DNA of 64,000 nt from Monocercomonoides exilis PA203 (lineage: Eukaryota > Protista > Preaxostyla), in NCBI GenBank assembly GCA_001643675.2, contig LSRY02000030.1, positions 992,001-1,056,000 of the forward strand, in the 5' to 3' direction. Both the position numbers and the translations under genes were made by a program. Below are positions 60,301 to 64,000 of the stretch, piece after piece (the stretch's first letter is position 1; every line of letters begins with the position of its first letter). Below the pieces are notes generated by a model. That model saw nothing but the letters and a program-made list of their open reading frames with translations, was not told the origin of the DNA and did not search any database.

Positions 60301-63300
60301 CAGATGCAGTTCATGTGGGGAAGATGAAGGATGGGCTGGGTGGATACGACTCGTGGTTCTGTGGATTTGACTATTATCCGTGTGCCACCATCACCCATGC
60401 AGCGCAGGTGAGATATGCAGACACAAACAAGAAGATCGAATTGGATTCGGGATATGAGCTTGCTGAGGCAGTTGGAATGACAGATGGCCATGAATGGGAG
60501 ATTTCATGTGCGACAAAAGGGATGGAAGTTGGGGTGAAAGCACCAGAGAATTTTGAGTCACCTTGTCTGATTGAGGTGTTGAGCAAGTGTTCAATGAGAA
60601 ACATCAAATTCTGTATTCCATCAACTCTATCTGGAGCAACATCATCATCTCTGATCACATCCAACTCCACACTCCTCACACTCACTGATTGTTCAGTTGT
60701 TTGTTCATCAGAGAATTCCATTGGATATTGTTTTGTGAATGTGGTTGGGGGAAAAGTGAAAGTGGAGGGATTGGTGATCACAGAGACCTTGAGATTTGGA
60801 GAACATTCAGTGATTGAGTTTGGTGAAGGGGTGGAATCAGTTGTGTTTTGTGGATGTGAGGTGAACAATATTGAGAAGAGAAGTGGAGATGGAGGATGGG
60901 TGAGTGGAGTGGTTGGGGCAGAGAGAGATGAGGGGAAGAATGGGATAATTGTGATTGAAACGTGTGTTGTGAAGGGGTGCAGGTGTGTTGGTGGAAGAGG
61001 AGGAGGGATGAGTGTTGTTGTGAAGGGGGAAGGGAGTGTTGTTGTGAATGGGAGTTGTGTGATTGATGGGTGTGAGGCAAAGGGTTCAGGGGAGAGTTCA
61101 GAAGGGAGGAGAGAAGGGAGAGGGGGAGGGAGAGGGGGAGGGATGATGATTGTGATGGAGAGCAGGGATGGTTCAATGAAAATGGAATCGGGAAGAGAGG
61201 GTTTGTTTGTGTTTGGAGAGGATAACAAAGCTCAATATGGGAAGGATGTGTTTGTTGAGTGTGTTGGGGGAGTGTTGTTGGAGTGGAAAGTGAATGGGAG
61301 TTCATTTTCATTTTTTGATTTTGGTGTGATTCCAACAGATGTGTTGAAGTTGTGTGGGAGTGAGGATGGGAGAGAAGGGGAAGTGATTCCGCTGTTTGTG
61401 TATTTGTGTTCAATCGGAACAAAGTTGAGAGTTGATGGGGGAGGAGAGAGAGCAATGGATCAGAGCCATTGTGGGTTTGAGGAGTTTGGGTGTTTGACGA
61501 TTGACTATTGTGTTGGGAAGAGAGCGAGCAGCAATGTGAATGAAATTGAAGTTATCTCAGAATCATGGATAAAGAATGAGATGAAAGTAGTTTCATTTGA
61601 GGTGAGTGTTTCAGGGAAAGAAGAGGGGATGAGGGTGATTGTGAGAGATGAAGGATCGATAAATCAAAACAACCTTATTGAGTGCACAAAATCATTTGAG
61701 ATGAGATATTTGTCATTTGTGCTGAATGATGAAATGAATGGGAAGAGAAGTGGATTTATCCACTCTTCATCATCATCTTCGACCATCACAATGACCAGCT
61801 GTTCAGTCTCATTTGTCAATGATGAAATGATTGGATACAATGTGATATGTGTTGAGGGAGGAGGGTTGGTTGTGAATGGGTTTGTGATGGAAGGGGGAGT
61901 GAGAATGAATGGGAAGTCACCTATTGTTGTTTCGAATGGAGTTGAATTGGAGATGAATGACAGTCGAATGAGTGGAGTGGAAGTTGTTAGCGGAATTGGA
62001 GGAGGAGGAGGATGTTTGAATGTGGAGATGGGTGTGAATGGGGTTGTGAACATTGAAGAATGCAATTTGTCATCAGTGTGTTCAGGGGGGAGTGGGATGA
62101 AAGGGGGAGGGATGAAGATATCAGTGAGGAAGGGAGGGAGTTTGGAAATGAAGAATGTGAAATATTCAGGGTGTGAAGTGCCAAGAGAGGATGTTGAGGA
62201 AGGAGGGAGAGGAATGGGAGGAGGGATGTTTGTGAAGCTGGCAGATGAGATGGGAACATTTGTGATGGAAGGAATGGAATTTGAGAGATGCAATGCCTGG
62301 AAAGGGAAGAACATGTTTGTGTCAGGATGGGATCTGAGAGAGATTGTGAATGAGGAGCACCTGAAATGGGAGATGAGTTTGGATGAGTTGGGATCATTGG
62401 ATGAGCTGTGTGGATGGGAGAGGAAGACAACAGGAGAGGAGGGATATGTGATTCCGCTGGTTGTGTATTTGTGGAGGAACTGGAGTGGGGATGGGTTTGT
62501 TTCAGTTGAGAAAGGAGGAGACTTCAGTGGGTGTGGGTATTCAGAAGCACCATGCTCATCGATTGACCACTTGATATCACTTCGATATCCAACACTTGGA
62601 GGAGGGGAAACTCATATTGCCATTGTGGGGTCAGGGTTGCTGAGCCATTCCATATCATTTTCATCATCAATTTCAGATTCACCAAAAGTGGTGATTGAAG
62701 GGACAAAGAAAGGGACAGGAGTGACGATCAGTGATGAAGATGAGAATGATTTGTCTGATGATGGTTCAATGATCTCCTCGAATGTGAGTCTGTCATTTGT
62801 GAATGTGTCATTCACCAAGCCAGCCATCACAACCCATCATTCAGTGTTGATTGAATCATCTGGAGCAAACACATTATTGTCAGTTTCAGATTGTTCATTT
62901 GGCCCAGGGAGAGGGGTGACAGAAAGTTTTGGATATTGTGTGATGAGGGTGGATGGGGGGAGTGTTGTGATTGAGGGGTGTTCGTTGAGTTTGATTTCAG
63001 AGTTGAAAGGGTTAATTGCCTTCAGTCCAAATGCACATGAGGTGACTATTCAGAATGTGAACATCTCATTTGCCGATGTGACAGAAAGAAGCCTGATTTC
63101 GATGATGGAAGAGGAAAACCAGATGAATGGAGAAAAGAAGGTGTTTTCAAATGGGAACAAACCAGTTTTGAGGGTTGTTGGATGTTCATTTGCGAACATC
63201 ACAAATGAAGGGATTGGAGTGAGTGTTGTTGATGTGGGGTCATTTGAGGATGGAGTGGAGTGTGTGATGGATGAGTGTTCGATGTCAAATTGCAAGAGTG

Positions 63301-64000
63301 GTTTGAGCATCGAAGGAGGGGGGATGAAAGTGGTGCTGAAGAGTGGGGAGTCAGTGTTGAAAGTGAATGGCAGCTCGTTTTCGATTTGCAAGTGCTCGAG
63401 TGAGACAGGGTGTGGAGGAGGGCTGTTTATTGATGGATCTGACCCACATGCGAATTATGGAAATGAGAGTCAGATTCCACCTCTGAATTTCAAGATTGTG
63501 AACATCCTGTTTGTGATGAATGAGGCACATGTGGGGAAAGACGTGTTTGTCAGATGCCACTCGATTGCTTACCAGATCAATGAAACACTGTTTGCACTGA
63601 ACTACAACCAGGAGTCACTGAACTCGAACAACTCGATCTGTGGGAGGGATGTTTTGAGCGAGGGAGATGTTGATCTGATTCCGCTGATCACATTCTATTA
63701 TTCGGCACAGGTGTTTGTGAGTGGGAGAGGAAGTGATGGGAGGGGGTGTGGGGCACAGAGCAACCCTTGTTCCAGTATCAACTGTGGGGTTGAGCACATC
63801 CAGGAAGGGGTGATGAATGCGATTCTGATTGATGGGGAAGGGTTTGTGAGGAAGGAGTGTGTGATTGGGGATCTGGTTGTGAATTCATTGAAAAAGACAC
63901 AGGGGATTGTTCGGTTGAATTCCAAGATTGAGATATCAGGTGAGAAGGATTGTGTGATGGAGTTTGTGAACGAATGTTCAGTGGAGAGATGCTCATTCCA
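57369..64000 (+). CDS. Second giant beta-helix receptor paralog (3' end beyond the window)
   Basis: ATG 57369 follows an in-frame TAA and gives the signal-like MTSGIFCFVCIICMQCL. Position 57858 onward aligns colinearly with position 11 onward of the first gene. The ORF track lists no terminated ORF in this frame, consistent with it staying open to 64000. Confidence 0.85.
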   Translation, partial: MTSGIFCFVCIICMQCLRNGATNDEANLVENSMIERNTDYLGNSLFDLLPNDKNGDKNKLEMIVEGNEGGMEENEEKEKSTKKYTNMKKERDSRIRRENSIKTLNNEHFHYEGGMRGIERNFEESEVEGSLVLINTSVKLKSLGLIQHDETNIVKVGDGSSVELDDCGIFILSEMSPFCLTGGCGVFKNISLSSSSTVFLETFPSLFSSKVSKEKFSEKCFVSVCSSHFSSFCVSSAPFLSSTSILLISLSQLTFFNMSTANDACSSPTITSTQTTCFVCSCSFSSVCDAYDGGIVPSLNYPLASLSASNTSFVGCCRTRNVECTGTTDGKLTPGRQNTTDNGANIFTWCEWNGSKAAGNKEDYTDDASNGGAICMFNKGNGELSISHCAFNGCTAYAHGGGVMCHNIKSVTVINNSFNSCIAQRKYGGGIYAVLISTCVRISGCKFQDCKAYSHGGGIYLNNFQVSGSGCIVEEKWMEENEYMFDCNFVSCSVVNIVGGGLYCVNIPTKQSVMRSIQFISCSARQEAGGLCLNPSRETLPKNGSYCLFLLFHGCTCVDATYPLGHDAEFADYFSLYLDTGNPFFECFTTNTDNKRICFARYLSGSWVYDQTIKKDWLKDKTQYVSVNGKDEYELCGANTTYPCLTVKKAFEMCEILLSLSVTLMEGNHTSEATTIAIGEKKVSVIGKGKEKSSIETKSLSSTEALFSVSTGHLDLLHMKIDCNSNANPSSPSVVVASDGSGSLSLEDVVITTSNIGEYVISSSVFVVPLLQLSMVGVEIKNMNVSKSLFSEPVFSSSSSSSSALLLAATSSGESTLANLTVRNVKLTEGDGVVVAKSVAEGDTFAVQNVTVEDCECENGSGGGIKVDLLSPSSKLHVELSTTMNRCKSVKYGGGMMLYLADNSIDFSIVSVDFSGCSASVGGNYVFVNGSNSVSWGITTEKLNVQHDDSKYNELAGYDRSDSTMGLFPLNVFLDSYPDAVHVGKMKDGLGGYDSWFCGFDYYPCATITHAAQVRYADTNKKIELDSGYELAEAVGMTDGHEWEISCATKGMEVGVKAPENFESPCLIEVLSKCSMRNIKFCIPSTLSGATSSSLITSNSTLLTLTDCSVVCSSENSIGYCFVNVVGGKVKVEGLVITETLRFGEHSVIEFGEGVESVVFCGCEVNNIEKRSGDGGWVSGVVGAERDEGKNGIIVIETCVVKGCRCVGGRGGGMSVVVKGEGSVVVNGSCVIDGCEAKGSGESSEGRREGRGGGRGGGMMIVMESRDGSMKMESGREGLFVFGEDNKAQYGKDVFVECVGGVLLEWKVNGSSFSFFDFGVIPTDVLKLCGSEDGREGEVIPLFVYLCSIGTKLRVDGGGERAMDQSHCGFEEFGCLTIDYCVGKRASSNVNEIEVISESWIKNEMKVVSFEVSVSGKEEGMRVIVRDEGSINQNNLIECTKSFEMRYLSFVLNDEMNGKRSGFIHSSSSSSTITMTSCSVSFVNDEMIGYNVICVEGGGLVVNGFVMEGGVRMNGKSPIVVSNGVELEMNDSRMSGVEVVSGIGGGGGCLNVEMGVNGVVNIEECNLSSVCSGGSGMKGGGMKISVRKGGSLEMKNVKYSGCEVPREDVEEGGRGMGGGMFVKLADEMGTFVMEGMEFERCNAWKGKNMFVSGWDLREIVNEEHLKWEMSLDELGSLDELCGWERKTTGEEGYVIPLVVYLWRNWSGDGFVSVEKGGDFSGCGYSEAPCSSIDHLISLRYPTLGGGETHIAIVGSGLLSHSISFSSSISDSPKVVIEGTKKGTGVTISDEDENDLSDDGSMISSNVSLSFVNVSFTKPAITTHHSVLIESSGANTLLSVSDCSFGPGRGVTESFGYCVMRVDGGSVVIEGCSLSLISELKGLIAFSPNAHEVTIQNVNISFADVTERSLISMMEEENQMNGEKKVFSNGNKPVLRVVGCSFANITNEGIGVSVVDVGSFEDGVECVMDECSMSNCKSGLSIEGGGMKVVLKSGESVLKVNGSSFSICKCSSETGCGGGLFIDGSDPHANYGNESQIPPLNFKIVNILFVMNEAHVGKDVFVRCHSIAYQINETLFALNYNQESLNSNNSICGRDVLSEGDVDLIPLITFYYSAQVFVSGRGSDGRGCGAQSNPCSSINCGVEHIQEGVMNAILIDGEGFVRKECVIGDLVVNSLKKTQGIVRLNSKIEISGEKDCVMEFVNECSVERCSF

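Noticed and set aside
1-64000. CRISPR arrays, rRNA, tRNA, prokaryotic operons
   Set aside because: I saw no regularly spaced repeats or recognisable structural RNA genes, and the gene structure is spliceosomal and eukaryotic.

Overview
Eukaryotic, AT-rich protist DNA with short GT-AG introns and the standard genetic code. The gene families (giant Cys/Gly-rich beta-helix receptors with a TKL-like tail, the 'LFxxLEHC...KIxEMNEII' family, Ser-rich expansions) resemble those I recognise from the oxymonad Monocercomonoides; that assignment is inference. In order, the window holds: a giant single-pass receptor-pseudokinase (5' end upstream of the window, stop at 8731); three adjacent TA|GGG...CCC|TA fold-back elements (9.1-12.0 kb); a Pmp-like membrane protein; a C2 + dead-metacaspase + intact-metacaspase gene; a decayed Merlin/ISXO2-like transposase followed by pseudogene debris; a nonsense-mutated lineage-specific gene; two coiled-coil/Ser-rich genes; RPS3A; a DOCK-family GEF with very large poly-Ser insertions; a second lineage-specific gene; an intronless, bacterial-looking secreted LysM-LysM-GH19 hydrolase; more GGGTGATT-ended MITE-like elements; and a second receptor paralog running off the right end. 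The strongest candidates for something new are (i) the receptor pair, with a hypervariable N-terminal beta-helix on a near-identical stalk, (ii) the pseudo-metacaspase/metacaspase tandem, (iii) the LysM-GH19 HGT candidate and (iv) the TAGGG-ended fold-back family.
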